Below are positions 52,901 through 63,865 of a stretch of DNA of 64,000 bases, one piece after another; within the stretch, counting starts at the first letter, position 1, and every line of letters begins with the position of its first letter. Origin of the DNA: Diadema antillarum (lineage: Eukaryota); NCBI RefSeq assembly GCF_040938485.1, contig NW_027271910.1, forward strand, positions 186,001 through 250,000. Direction: 5' to 3'. The position numbers and the translations under genes are program-made. The notes under the pieces were generated by a model, which searched no databases, was not told the DNA's origin, and saw nothing but the letters and a program-made list of their open reading frames with translations.

Positions 52901-55900
52901 AGAACATAAGTCATTTTCACTCGATTCATAATCTATGAAAGCAGTACTGGGACTTTGAAAATTCACTGATCAAGTTCCAAGAGAACTTTACTGCAGATAT
53001 TGTCATCCTGTCTTGTCACCTCATTCATTTGCACATAGCACAGGGCCAGCATACGGACCCCACCATTTGCGACAATATGCTTACATATATATCGTCGCTG
53101 GGGTGACAAGACCTCGTATCTGAAATTTTGGTGAAAATGACTTTTTTTGTATTAATGGTCAGATAATCAGTTAAGTGATGTCCTGTCCAAATCCTAACTG
53201 TCTTACCCCCAAATAAAAGCCACCACGGCATGTCAAAGAAAAGGCTCTCCCATTCGCTATAGTGCTTTGGCCGCCATGTTCTTTGGCTCTCCTAAACATT
53301 CAACATTTTGTAGATATGAGGTCTTGTTGCCCCAGGGACGATATGCAAAGGCGAGAATTTCATCTGTATATCAAATGTAGAGCTAACAATGACTGATAAT
53401 TATCAAAGCACATGTAATTATAAAATACATGCAAAGAATGAATATGAACAGAAAAGCAGAGGAATCAAAACACTGGGCAGCCACTTCTCACCTCCCCCAA
53501 GATAAAGAGACACGTGAGACCCGTGGCAGCGAGCAGCAAGAGATGGAGATCCAGGTACAGTCCGGGGATGAAGACCGCCACGGCCAGCACGTGGAAGCTC
53601 TTCCGGATCTGGGTGGACGACGTCTGGTTGAACATGACCACTCCAATGCCGATAGTCATCAAGATTATCCAGATATTAATCAGGATTAACTGAATGATAA
53701 ATCAGAGAACACATGTTTGCATGTTTGTATGTACGTTAACCCGTTGAGGACGAGTCCCGAGTATACTCGGGCAAGCGTCTATGGGAAATGCGTGTTGTAG
53801 CAAAATCAAACCGTCCTCAACGGGTTAAGTACAAACTGAAGGCCTACACAGTCATACAACTGCTGTATATGCCACTTGATATTTGATTTGATTTGATTTG
53901 ATTTTTTTTTTTTTTTTTTTTTTTTGGGGGGGGGGGATAAATTCTGCAAAATTTGTGAGTCTGGTGCTATTCATACATATATAAGAACGTGAAAATATTA
54001 ATTCTCGTCTAGACATGAATGTGACATGCATGCATACATTTCTGCGCAATTTAGCCACTCACAAATATGGGAAGTCCCAATTCGCTAAACATATGGCATA
54101 TACAGTATATTTAAAGACAAAAGCTATTGATCTCTCTCATTGTGTTCATAAAAAAATATTGTATTTGCTCATACATCTCTTGGGAAATCAACACTTTATT
54201 TTCTGTCTTATTCAGGGATGCTAGCATTGTAATGAGCCCTGAAGTATTCTGAGTGCTGATGAAAAGGTGTATTTTTTAGTGGAAAGACAGTATTTTTACC
54301 TTTGCTGCAAAAGACATGTGTAGAAGTACAACTTTGGATAAATAGTATTTTCCATGAAGATACAGTATTTTTGGCAAAAAAAAAATACACATCATACTAC
54401 ACAATACTGCAAAAGGAAAAAAAAAGGTAACAGCTAGTTGGCATCTCTACACAATGCAAGTGGAGTTTATCCATAACTGCAGCATTTCATAAGCAACACA
54501 GGCAATTGGCAATAATGAGGTAAAATAAACAACACAAGCAGCATGTTTACAACTCATGAAGAAAGAAATGTCACAGACTGCATCTTACCCTCTTTCTGGA
54601 GGCCAGGATGAAATCAAGTAACCATAGCAACGGATTCTCCCTGATCTTCAGGTAGATCCTGGGCAGTTCGAACAGGAGAACCTCTGCAGCCACACCGCAG
54701 TAGAAATACATGCTCCATTTCCAGCTTTTCCTCTTGGCTGTGCTAGAAGACAGACAAATGCTGGACAATCACATGGCTGAAAAACTTACTAAGGCATAAT
54801 GCAGGAACAAACACTGTCTATGAAATAATTATACAGGCGCACATAAAGCATCTATGATGTACATCACTATTCCTGTGTTTCAAATCAGACTCACCTATTC
54901 AGATGCCAAATGTGGCAATTTATTGGTCACGCACTAGGGTAACAGCTTTTGAGATGTACTTTTCATAATCACAGACATACACATACATATCATAACATAG
55001 CTTTAAAAGCATGTTCACAGTGTTAATCTATTTGTGATTTAACAAATTTAAGGCAACTTTTATTTTTCATATACATGTAAAATATCCTAACTTGAGAAAG
55101 ATACAGGAACTTGTTTTTCCAATGTGACTTTGTTTGGTTAACCCATTCAGTATATAATTCAAATTTTGGCCTTCTTCAGGTCATACATATTACATTTACT
55201 TTGATTGCAGAATGCCGAATCATCAAAGGCTACTCAATCATTAAAATCTATGACTCAAATTGAGAACACGTTTTAAAATGTTATTGCGTTTCTCTCAAAT
55301 TAGCAAATTTGGGTAACTTTTTGTTTTTCATTTTGTTAAGATTTTAGTGCATTCGACAATTTCCATTTAATCTTTCTCCAATGTAGAATACACAGTAGAA
55401 TTCAGTGTTGCTAGGGTTATCGGTAACAAATCAGCCAGGGATTCAGTGATTTAATCTCTTTGTGTAAAATCCTCCTACCTTCTGTCAATGCTTCCACTCT
55501 CATATGCCGCCTTGATTTCATACAGTTTGTAGAGAACGGGTTTTAACAGGATCCCAATGTGGATACAGGCAGTTATGCCAACCTGAAATGAAATCATTAC
55601 AGACACTAATTTATTAAAGCATTTCATACCATTCATCTACATTTCCTACCATATGCTCTTACTTTTTATACCTCAAAACATCATGTGAGAAATATATTTT
55701 CACAGCCATTCATACACAAATCACATAAGTCGTTTTAGATATACCTATAGGCAAGCTACTGTGATTTTAAGATGTGCAAATCACACCATTAACTCTCACT
55801 GTGCTTAGTTCATCAATTAGCACATCCACCGGTATGCTTTGTTTATCTATCACAACAGGGCCCCGTTGCAAGAAAGTTGCAATCAATTGCAAATAATTGC

Positions 55901-58900
55901 TAATTTTGAAACAACCATTCTGATTGGCTCAGGGTCTGCCCTATTAAGAAGACATGCATGCAACAATGATTTTGATTGGCCAGTGACAATCAGTTGCAAG
56001 TTGCGTTTAAACGCAAAGTTTCTAGCAACGGGGCCCCGGTGTCCTGATGATAACTGATATCATTGGTCAAATAACAGTTAACAATTGCATAAACAGAATC
56101 ACTACACTGTGGATGATTTGTCAATATTCCCTATACTGTAGGTGGAACATATAAATATTGCTCTTTTAGAGGTGTAATATTATAACACTTGACATCCCCA
56201 TGGGATCATATTTTCCACGAGAGATTATATCTTTCCAAAGCACTTAGCGCTGAGGAAAAATATTGTAAGTTTCAAAGCGAATATATAACTCCAAATGGTC
56301 TGTCAAGTGTTATATTTCACTAAACAAGCAATATTTGTTATATCATATGGTCTACAATATATAAATACATATCATTTCATTCCAGTCCATCGGCAGCCAG
56401 TCAAATTCTATGATTATATTACTTGATGTAACGTCACTGCAGGCAATACAATTATTCTGATCCTCGTTGGATTTATAGTCACATGATGACCTTGTGACCA
56501 ATCACTGACCAGCATTGTGTTAACCATTTAATATCATGAGAATGCCCTCCCATGGGAGGAACACATTTGGATAGGTCTTGAGCCCCCAGATCATGTCATA
56601 GAACTTATAACCTCTCTGAATGACATTTCAAACTTTAAAGAAGTTACAGTCTGGCATTGTTCCCTCCAACACCAGTCATTATCAATATGCTGACATGGTT
56701 ATATAATCTACTCTATTCCCATTATACCATAATTGATTCTAATGGGGCTATCACTTTTAAACACTTGAGTGGCTTTGTATCAAACTTACACTATTGTGGC
56801 TAAAAATGTCAATAAAATAGCTGGGAGGCTACAGGCACAAGCATGATCACATACACTGTATTAAAATTTTTGAAGTTAGAAGACAGCCACATTTATGTTA
56901 CCATAGATAAAGTAAATTACAGTTATTAAAAATTACTTGCTTTCACAGGCATCTTCCACACAAAATTGCCTGCTTTGTCAAAAGAAAAAAACTATTATAA
57001 TAAATGCTGTGGATGCTTTGCATACCTTTCGAATTAACATTACGTGTCGATTTGGAGAAGGCACAAAGACAGGTTCTGATGACAATTTGGTCAAAGTGGT
57101 GAGGAGCTGGGTGAGGAAGAGAGCCTCGCCCGCCGTCATGCTGCCTGGTAGATACGTCAGGAGGGCACTGAAGAACATCAAGGCTGTTAAAACACACAGA
57201 AGACAAGAGAAGCAGGGAGAGTTACAATGTATTGCAAGACTGGGTGGACACATTTCCTAAAACTCTTATACACTTGTAGCTGGTCACTTTCCATGTCGAC
57301 GAACCTCTAACCCTTGTGTTTAAAGCCACATAGTGGAATGTGAATTTTGTGTTTTCACCTGAATCAGAACATTACCATTGTCTATACCTATTTATCTTTA
57401 TGAAACCTTATTGCAGGATGACGAACTGCATTGTTTAGGAAATTCCTCATCATCATAGTTTTACTTGTTTACCAATGAAGAAATCTTTTTTTGCTGGACT
57501 CAAATTCCCTTTATATTTTCTCCAAGTCTCTAAACAAATCTGGCACTGGAAGGTAAACATGCTCGCACTGGCTGCAAACTACTCTGGCACATGAACGGTT
57601 ACACTCTCAAGTTCAGTTTGTTTTGATTTGTGTGACATTCACCAAGTACTGAAATACAGTACAATGATACTTCTCATACATTATAAAGAGGACTTTTCCA
57701 TGGCAAAATCACAATTTTGTAATATTCCCTGTTCTCAAATTGTAGTTTGAACTGTAAGTATTAAAGGTATAAGAAAAACAATTTTATCTTTGTATACACA
57801 AAAAGAGCAACTAGGGTGTGATTCATCACACTTTTATGTCAGAGGGTCAGCACAGTGAGAAGGAGTGAAAGTTACTGCTGGTAACTAATGTATTCAAAGA
57901 AGATACATATTATCATCTTTGAGATGAAGGCAGCTATGAAAAGAGTTGTTTGTTCTGAACAAGAACTAGCTAGCCCCTTCCAAATTTGTCAATAGATTAT
58001 TTGATGGGCATGAAGCAAAAATCTATAGAGTGAGGTTTCTCTTCAGAGATTTACATTTTGTACCTCGACCTAACCCTAACCCTAGTCGTCATTCACATGC
58101 TATAAACCTGTATACAGAATCAACATGTGATGTCACAGCCATTCATCGCCATGGAAACTAGTTCTAAACAACCTCACCTGGCCCTGTCTTGGAACACTAT
58201 TGTGGCTATCATAACCATGCTTGCACCTGGTTCCTACCCAAGCTACAGGTATAACAAAAGACTGCAACATCATCACTTTGGTACTCTATAACTTGAATCT
58301 TAAAGAGCTAGCACAAAAGTCCAGCTGATAGTTGAATTTCAATATGCAATTCAGTGATGAGGGGAAAGTGACAGGAATGTCTCTAAGCATTGAGGGTCAT
58401 ATGCAAACACTCCTTGACCCAGCTCACCCATGTTTGGGGTAAAGATGAACATATCCACCACGTTGTTGACATTGGACGGCATGCCCTGAAGGATGCTGCG
58501 GGCAAAGATGAAGGCACCCAGGGCGTAGATGGTCTGGCCCAGAATGATCCAGGGCTTGCCAAGGACAGGGATGCAGCAGACCAACAGGATGAGGACATTC
58601 AGGAACATGAGCTGCACCACGGAGCAGTCCATGGCGTCGCTAAAGCCCTGGCAAGAGTCCTGCTGAAGCCCAAGCAGTACCAGCATAAAGAGCTGTGATC
58701 CCAGCACCACGCCACTGTTTGTGTTCTTCCTGACGTTGAAGGGATAATGACGTTGAGTGAAGCTTAAATCATCTTGCAGTAACAGTGTTGTCGTAAGTGA
58801 TCAAACCTGTGCGATATTCTATCATCGCACATCCAACTTTTCTTTTCCTACCTCAGTATCTACATCACATTTCTTCATGCATGACTCTACGACATTCCTT

Positions 58901-59662
58901 GGAAAACATTAATTAATCTAAATGAAAAAAAAAGAAGTTTCATAGTCTAAGATAATTCATGGAACTAATTATATAAACAAGGAATTGGCTGTGAATCTTG
59001 CCAGAACAGCAGGGTGCATTAATATGATATGCTTTGTGTACCATGTAACAAATGTAGAATGACCTCAAAAGGGAAAGATTTTCTGGTGTCTCAACACTTC
59101 ATATCACACATGTCAGCCTTCTATTCCTCACAACAGGATGCTGCTAATGCTGCTGGGTCAGAATTGACCTCAAAAGTAGCAAGCCAAGGTAGCATGTAGA
59201 GAATACCACATTCCATCTGATATGACATGTGCACACAGATTTATAGATCACACATCCTACATGTACTTGAAAGAATAGAAAGTTGAAAAATAAAAGAAAA
59301 TAATGTGAGGAGGAAAAGGAAGAAAGACGGTTCTAGAGGAATGAAAATAAAAAAAAATTGCACCTGTATGTCCATCCTGCAATGGCTGCAAGATGCTCTG
59401 GCTGTCTGGTGAACTGCACAAATACTGCTACAAAATAGACTGCAACAGGAAAAACAAACAAGCATGCAATAAATATGATCTGGAGAGTGAATAATTTTCA
59501 AAACTTCAAATCATTTCAGTGTCCGAGGCAAGCCCTTTAAAACAAATCAGTTGCATCTCCATGTACCGACAAACTTGGTTTCTCCTCACGACTTTGTTTT
59601 CTATCTTTTCATGATTTTACAGTTACTCATCATTCACACTCAGCAAAAGGCAGTCAAAAAGA

Positions 59663-59695
<33 letters not shown>

Positions 59696-59904
59696 ATTTT
59701 AGCACTCTAAAGTACAGATGAAGAAATACATTGTACATCAGCGACACAAAAGGATATCTACTCACCAACAATAATACTCAGTTTGCTTGCTGACATGGGG
59801 CCTGCAAGTGTGACAGTCAGCACTCCGAGACCAACGACAGCTGCCTCTAGTACCTCTGAGAGAGTCACATCAGGAACCACCGTCTCTGTGTGTTTCTTGG
59901 CCAT
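46692..59904 (-). CDS. DOLK: Dolichol kinase (CTP-dependent), 9 coding exons, about 529 aa
   Basis: Joined exons give recognisable DOLK segments: [93 protein letters not shown]. Intron phases are consistent except for an uncertain exon-2 acceptor. Confidence 0.95.
47510..47708 (-). mobile_element. Short internally deleted HINE related to 38164-39550
   Basis: Same tttttagctcacctgag 5' end and a diverged 3' subTIR/hairpin (gtgaatgctagacctgctggcatctt). Confidence 0.6.
47763..47861 (-). CDS. DOLK: DOLK coding exon 8 ([33 protein letters not shown])
   Basis: ttttcacag| acceptor, G|gtaaat donor; contains the GxGD CTP-transferase motif. Confidence 0.95.
48288..51407. mobile_element. 3.1-kb hAT-like non-autonomous element in DOLK intron 7
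   Basis: TIR cagggctgcaca/tgtgcagccctg, multiple accggtccgac/gtcggaccggt subterminal motifs at both ends, 7-bp duplication agttagg; no transposase ORF. Confidence 0.9.
48955..51000. repeat. ~190-bp-unit tandem array (about 11 units) inside the hAT-like element
   Basis: ggcgcaaaaaggatc-like anchor recurs at ~48963, 49104, 49305, 49496, 49696, 49889, 50070, 50253, 50453, 50643, 50833. Confidence 0.9.
51921..52089 (-). CDS. DOLK: DOLK coding exon 7 ([11 protein letters not shown]...[34 protein letters not shown])
   Basis: cttctgcag| acceptor, G|gtaagt donor, phase 0-1. Confidence 0.95.
52180..52582. repeat. Three imperfect tandem copies (~115-150 bp) with aatggtatat subrepeats
   Basis: atatttcacctcYtcgaaaagaRtgagacaggaacacgatgagac appears three times. 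Confidence 0.85.
53492..53689 (-). CDS. DOLK: DOLK coding exon 6 (LILINIW...[20 protein letters not shown]...FILGE)
   Basis: tcattcag| acceptor, GAG|gtgaga donor, 198 nt. Confidence 0.95.
54589..54742 (-). CDS. DOLK: DOLK coding exon 5 ([10 protein letters not shown]...[18 protein letters not shown])
   Basis: tcttctag| acceptor, AGG|gtaaga donor, phase 2-0. Confidence 0.92.
55479..55582 (-). CDS. DOLK: DOLK coding exon 4 ([34 protein letters not shown])
   Basis: catttcag| acceptor, AG|gtagga donor, phase 0-2. Confidence 0.85.
55859..56035. mobile_element. 177-bp Harbinger/PIF-like MITE (copy of 1597-1773, opposite orientation)
   Basis: Same TIRs; one mismatch to the first copy by manual comparison; flanks CAG/CCG. 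Confidence 0.85.
57026..57183 (-). CDS. DOLK: DOLK coding exon 3 ([23 protein letters not shown]...HVMLIRK)
   Basis: ttttaacag| acceptor, AAG|gtatgc donor; an alternative in-phase donor exists at 57044. Confidence 0.9.
58428..58772 (-). CDS. DOLK: DOLK coding exon 2 (5' boundary uncertain)
   Basis: Open frame [28 protein letters not shown]...FIFTPNM, donor G|gtgagc. The only in-phase AG is a weak aag ending at 58773. Confidence 0.75.
59766..59904 (-). CDS. DOLK: DOLK coding exon 1 ([46 protein letters not shown]); the exon probably starts at acceptor 59986
   Basis: gagccATGG start context, G|gtgagt donor, upstream tttttatcaacag acceptor. Confidence 0.8.
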
Positions 59905-60182
59905 GGCTCACAGAACTTGTGTGGACAGATGCTTATAAATTTTGATGTTGGTTCATCAACTCTATCACATTCTGATGTAAGTTAATCTGTTGATAAAAAT
60001 AGAAAGTGTGTTTTATATATATACTTGTATATTCACATAATCTTTCAGGAATAGTGGAGATATTCTTAATTCTCATACAGCAAAAATAGCTACTGCTAAT
60101 GGTTATTTCTGTAATTAAGTGTGTGCAGTCTTTAACATGTATTGTTATCCCTGGTACACATTTTCACATTCCTTCTGTCTAA

Positions 60183-60639
60183 GGCTGCGCTTATCATCTT
60201 TCCCCTGTTTAAACGGCTTTCAAAAGCTGTTTCCAAAGCCCTTTCCAAAGCCGTTTCCAAAGCCCTTTAGAAACAGCTTCCAAAATAGTTGCATTTATCA
60301 ACTCTTCACGAACACGATAACTGGCCTGTCACTGCACAGCTGAATTGCGCAATTCGACCCGAGGAGAAGAGGTCATATAAGGCGTGCATGGTTCGTAACT
60401 GCAGGACAAAGCTGTTTCAAAACAGCTTTGCGTTTATCTCGCTTCAAAAGGCTTCTAGAAACAGGTTTCTGGAAACCTGTTTAGGAAACCTGTTTCGGGA
60501 AGCACAAATTTGCGGCTTTCGAAAAGGCTTTCCGAAGAGGCTTTCAAAACAGCTTTGCGTTTATCATCTCGTAAAAATTCCCTGAAAGCTGTTTTGAAAA
60601 CCTGTTTCTGCCGAGAAAAAGAGTTGACAAACGCACCCA
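60183..60639. mobile_element. Harbinger-like MITE with internal aaacagcttt/tttccaaagcc repeats
   Basis: Imperfect TIR ggctgcgcttatca / tgacaaacgcaccc and mirrored internal motifs. Confidence 0.6.
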
Positions 60640-61649
60640 TAAGGAGATGTAACAAGAGATCGGATGGACAATCATTTAGAATGGATCTAAGTCAAATTAC
60701 CTGAACAAACTGTTCTACCTCTAAATAATAATGAAAGTTGTGGAATGATTGAATGCATGTTGCTTTAATACCAGCCCTTAAGAACAGAAGCATTTTATAT
60801 ACTAGAGGAAGAAGCCCTTATCAGTCTTTTTATCCACCAAACATATCTCGAGTACTACTAAACACCTCCTGAGTCCCATATTTTTAAGAAGCTGAAGAAA
60901 GACTCAAGAAACTCTATTTTGCTACATTATAGAAGATAGACACAGAAGGGCAGACTTATTTCAAGTTTACAGAAAACTTTACCAACATAGACAAAATCAA
61001 CAATAGATCTGTTGCCGTGTTGTGTTAGAAATCTTCCAGCTTGCTAGACAGAGGACACTCAATCAAAATTCAGAAACAACATATACCGGTATATGAGAGT
61101 TGATGTCAGAAAGTACTCGTTTAGCCAATGATCATCCAAGATTGGAATAATCTCCCTCCTATTATGCAACATCTCTCAACAACTTAGAAACAGAAAAACA
61201 GTCATTTTGGGGCTTGGCAAGGCCAAGGGTCAGTAAACCCCCGCCTAACCCTGGCCTTGCCACACTAAATTAGTCTACTTTGCCCATCCATCTTTACGGA
61301 AGTGTACAAAAGTCTTTGGTACACTACCACAAGATGGAAGTGCAACGCTTCAGTAAGTTCAGTAATGCAAGTTCAGTAAGTCGTAACACCACCTCGACCT
61401 CTCTACCAATGATAATGGTTATAGGCTATTCCCTGCATCGAAATTGAGTGAGAATTTACTGCCACATTCAAACTGCCTTAACACTAACAGTAAAATACAT
61501 TTTATTTTAGATATTTCTTATCAAGTGGCCGTTGACGTTGTATTAAATACTGAATGAAGTCTGTATCTTTGACTTTGCAATGTAAAATTGCCAAAATCAT
61601 ATATTGATGTCTAGAAAACTTCAACATTTGTATCTATTAAGCGTAAACG

Positions 61650-62180
61650 GTATTGTGCCCTACAGCCCAGTTCCGTCGCGTCGTGTAGTCGTGTGACGTG
61701 GTACTGCAGTGTACTGCACTGTCTGTAGCTGTTCAAGCTGACTGTAAACTGTACCATGCAAGCGCATAATTCAATACCTGGGACTAATAGTGAAGTATAA
61801 ATAATCTGCCGAACGACCCAGATAGGCTCGCTCGGCAGTTAAATCTGACATTTACTTGTTCGATCACACAGTATGTAGTTTACTGTCGACAGCCATAATC
61901 ACACACCAAAGTGTTCTATATGCACCATTACAGAAGTACGACACTGTGATAGTAAACAGTCCTACTTACTTCTCTCTGCCAACACCTCCACGTCGGTATC
62001 ACCAACACTGCACTGCGCTGTGTTGTACATCATACGTGGGCCATAAGCCAGGGAGCGAGAGAAAAAGCGAGGGATCAGAGAGATTGCGAAATACATACCG
62101 ACACGTGTTCGGTTGCTGGCCAGCGCCAGCGCTCTTGCCACTACACCAAAACTAGGAACTAATGCGATCAGAGACTGTGG
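61650..62180 (-). promoter_or_regulatory. CpG-rich candidate DOLK promoter / non-coding first exon region
   Basis: Local CpG enrichment against an AT-rich background; minus-strand donors TCG|gtatgt (exon end 62099) and CAA|gtaaat (exon end 61856). TSS not determinable. Confidence 0.4.
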
Positions 62181-62199
62181 TCATTCAAGTTACAAAGTT

Positions 62200-62216
62200 C
62201 AGTGGCGGATCCGGGT

Positions 62217-62252
<36 letters not shown>

Positions 62253-62393
62253 GGTTGGGAGCGCACCAGACGCGCCCCCTTTTTTGTAATATAAAACAAA
62301 TAAAATGAAAAAAAAAGGGGGCGTACATCCCCATTTAATAATATTTTGTAAAGGCCCCACCCCTAATTTGCAGAATTCCTGGATCCGCCCCTA
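62200..62393. mobile_element. hAT-like MITE with poly-G run
   Basis: TIR cagtggcggatcc / ggatccgcccct(a); 6-bp duplication aaagtt. Confidence 0.75.
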
Positions 62394-63532
62394 AAAGTTC
62401 GATGCGCTATGATCAGAAAGCCTAGCTGAGAAAAATAGCAACCCAGCAACAAAACAAAGAAAGGGGGCGCTACTGGGAACATGAAACAGCTACTATTATT
62501 TTTTATTTTCAGATATAAGGTGCTGCATGAGCAATAACATAACATAAAAAGCAGAATTAAAGCAGAATTAAAGCAGAATGTTAACTTTTGTTTTAGTTTC
62601 CTTACATTTTTTTTAATCCTTTACTTTTTCTATTTCCTTTGCTCTTCCTTCCCCTTCTTTGCTAAAGCTTCATCATGGAGTATAACTAAAGTAACTTTCT
62701 AACTGTTCTATCCAAGCAGCAACAATTTGGGAGGGGGAGAGGGAGAGGGAAGTAGCATTTGAATAATATTACCCCCCCCCCCCCACAGCCTTTGCAATTC
62801 CAACCTAAGTCCAAATGTAATATGGATTCAGTGAAAGCAGGAATATTAGTGGAATACATCAATGAAAGTTTGAGGAACATCAAGCAATTACGCACCCTAA
62901 TTGATTCAAAGTATATGAAGTCTTAATGTTTTGTGATGCTGTGATTGCTGGATGAGACTGGACTTCAGGACATAAATTGCCAATAAATCAAAACAACAAT
63001 AATAACAGTCATCATGGACAGCAATTATACAGAAATTATATAAAGAATTTTTTCACCTTTTTACATAATGAAAGAACACCTGACTTACCTCTTTCAGAAA
63101 CGAGGGGAATATAATATTACCCTTAACCTGTTGAGGACGAGTCCCGAGTATACTCGGGCAGGTGTCTATGGGAAATGCGTGTTGTAGCAAAATCAAACTG
63201 TTCTCAACGGGTCACCTTCTATATATGTGTGGATTAATTATGAGTAAATGCAGGAATATTATTAGTAGAACACATCAGTGAAAGTTTGAGGAAAATTGGG
63301 CAATTTCAATCAGTGCAAAAGTTATGTTTAGTTTTTTTATTTTTTATTTCAGGCTTCAGTGCCACCATCACTGGATGAGAATACTACAAATTCAGAAATT
63401 CATAACTTTTGAAAGGATTGTCTGATTTCCCTCAAACTTTTGCTGATAAATTATGTTCTACTAATATTGCTGCATTCACTCAATCCAAACATATATCAAA
63501 GTGAGGGTTTGTCAGTATCAAGTCGATGGAAA

Positions 63533-63865
63533 CAGGGCCGGCGCAGCCGTGGGGGCCGTGGGGGCTCGGGCCCCCACACTTTTTGTGCACCATACAAAGG
63601 AATACATAAGGTGTCATTACTTTGGGCCCCCACACTTTTTTCAACCTGGAAGTACGTAAGTGGCACTAAAATAGAAATAGATAGAGATCTTGAAGTATGG
63701 CGGCGGTAAGGTTATGTGTTTTCTCTGAAGACCTTTTTTTTATAACACCCGGAAATGGGAGGGGAGAGAATGAGCTGAGGACCTTTTTTTTTTTTTTTTT
63801 TGCTTGTTAGCTCATGAAACCCGGAAGTGGGCCCCCACAATTTTGAAAACACTGTGCCGGCCCTG
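63533..63865. mobile_element. hAT-like MITE
   Basis: TIR cagggccggc/gccggccctg, three gggcccccaca motifs, 5-bp duplication ggaaa. Confidence 0.8.

Noticed and set aside
58068-58086. Telomere-like cctaaccctaaccct
   Set aside because: Only about 2.5 units; compatible with chance.
58801-58803. In-frame TGA in DOLK as selenocysteine
   Set aside because: DOLK is not a known selenoprotein, the acceptor is out of phase with exon 1 anyway, and no SECIS was recognised.
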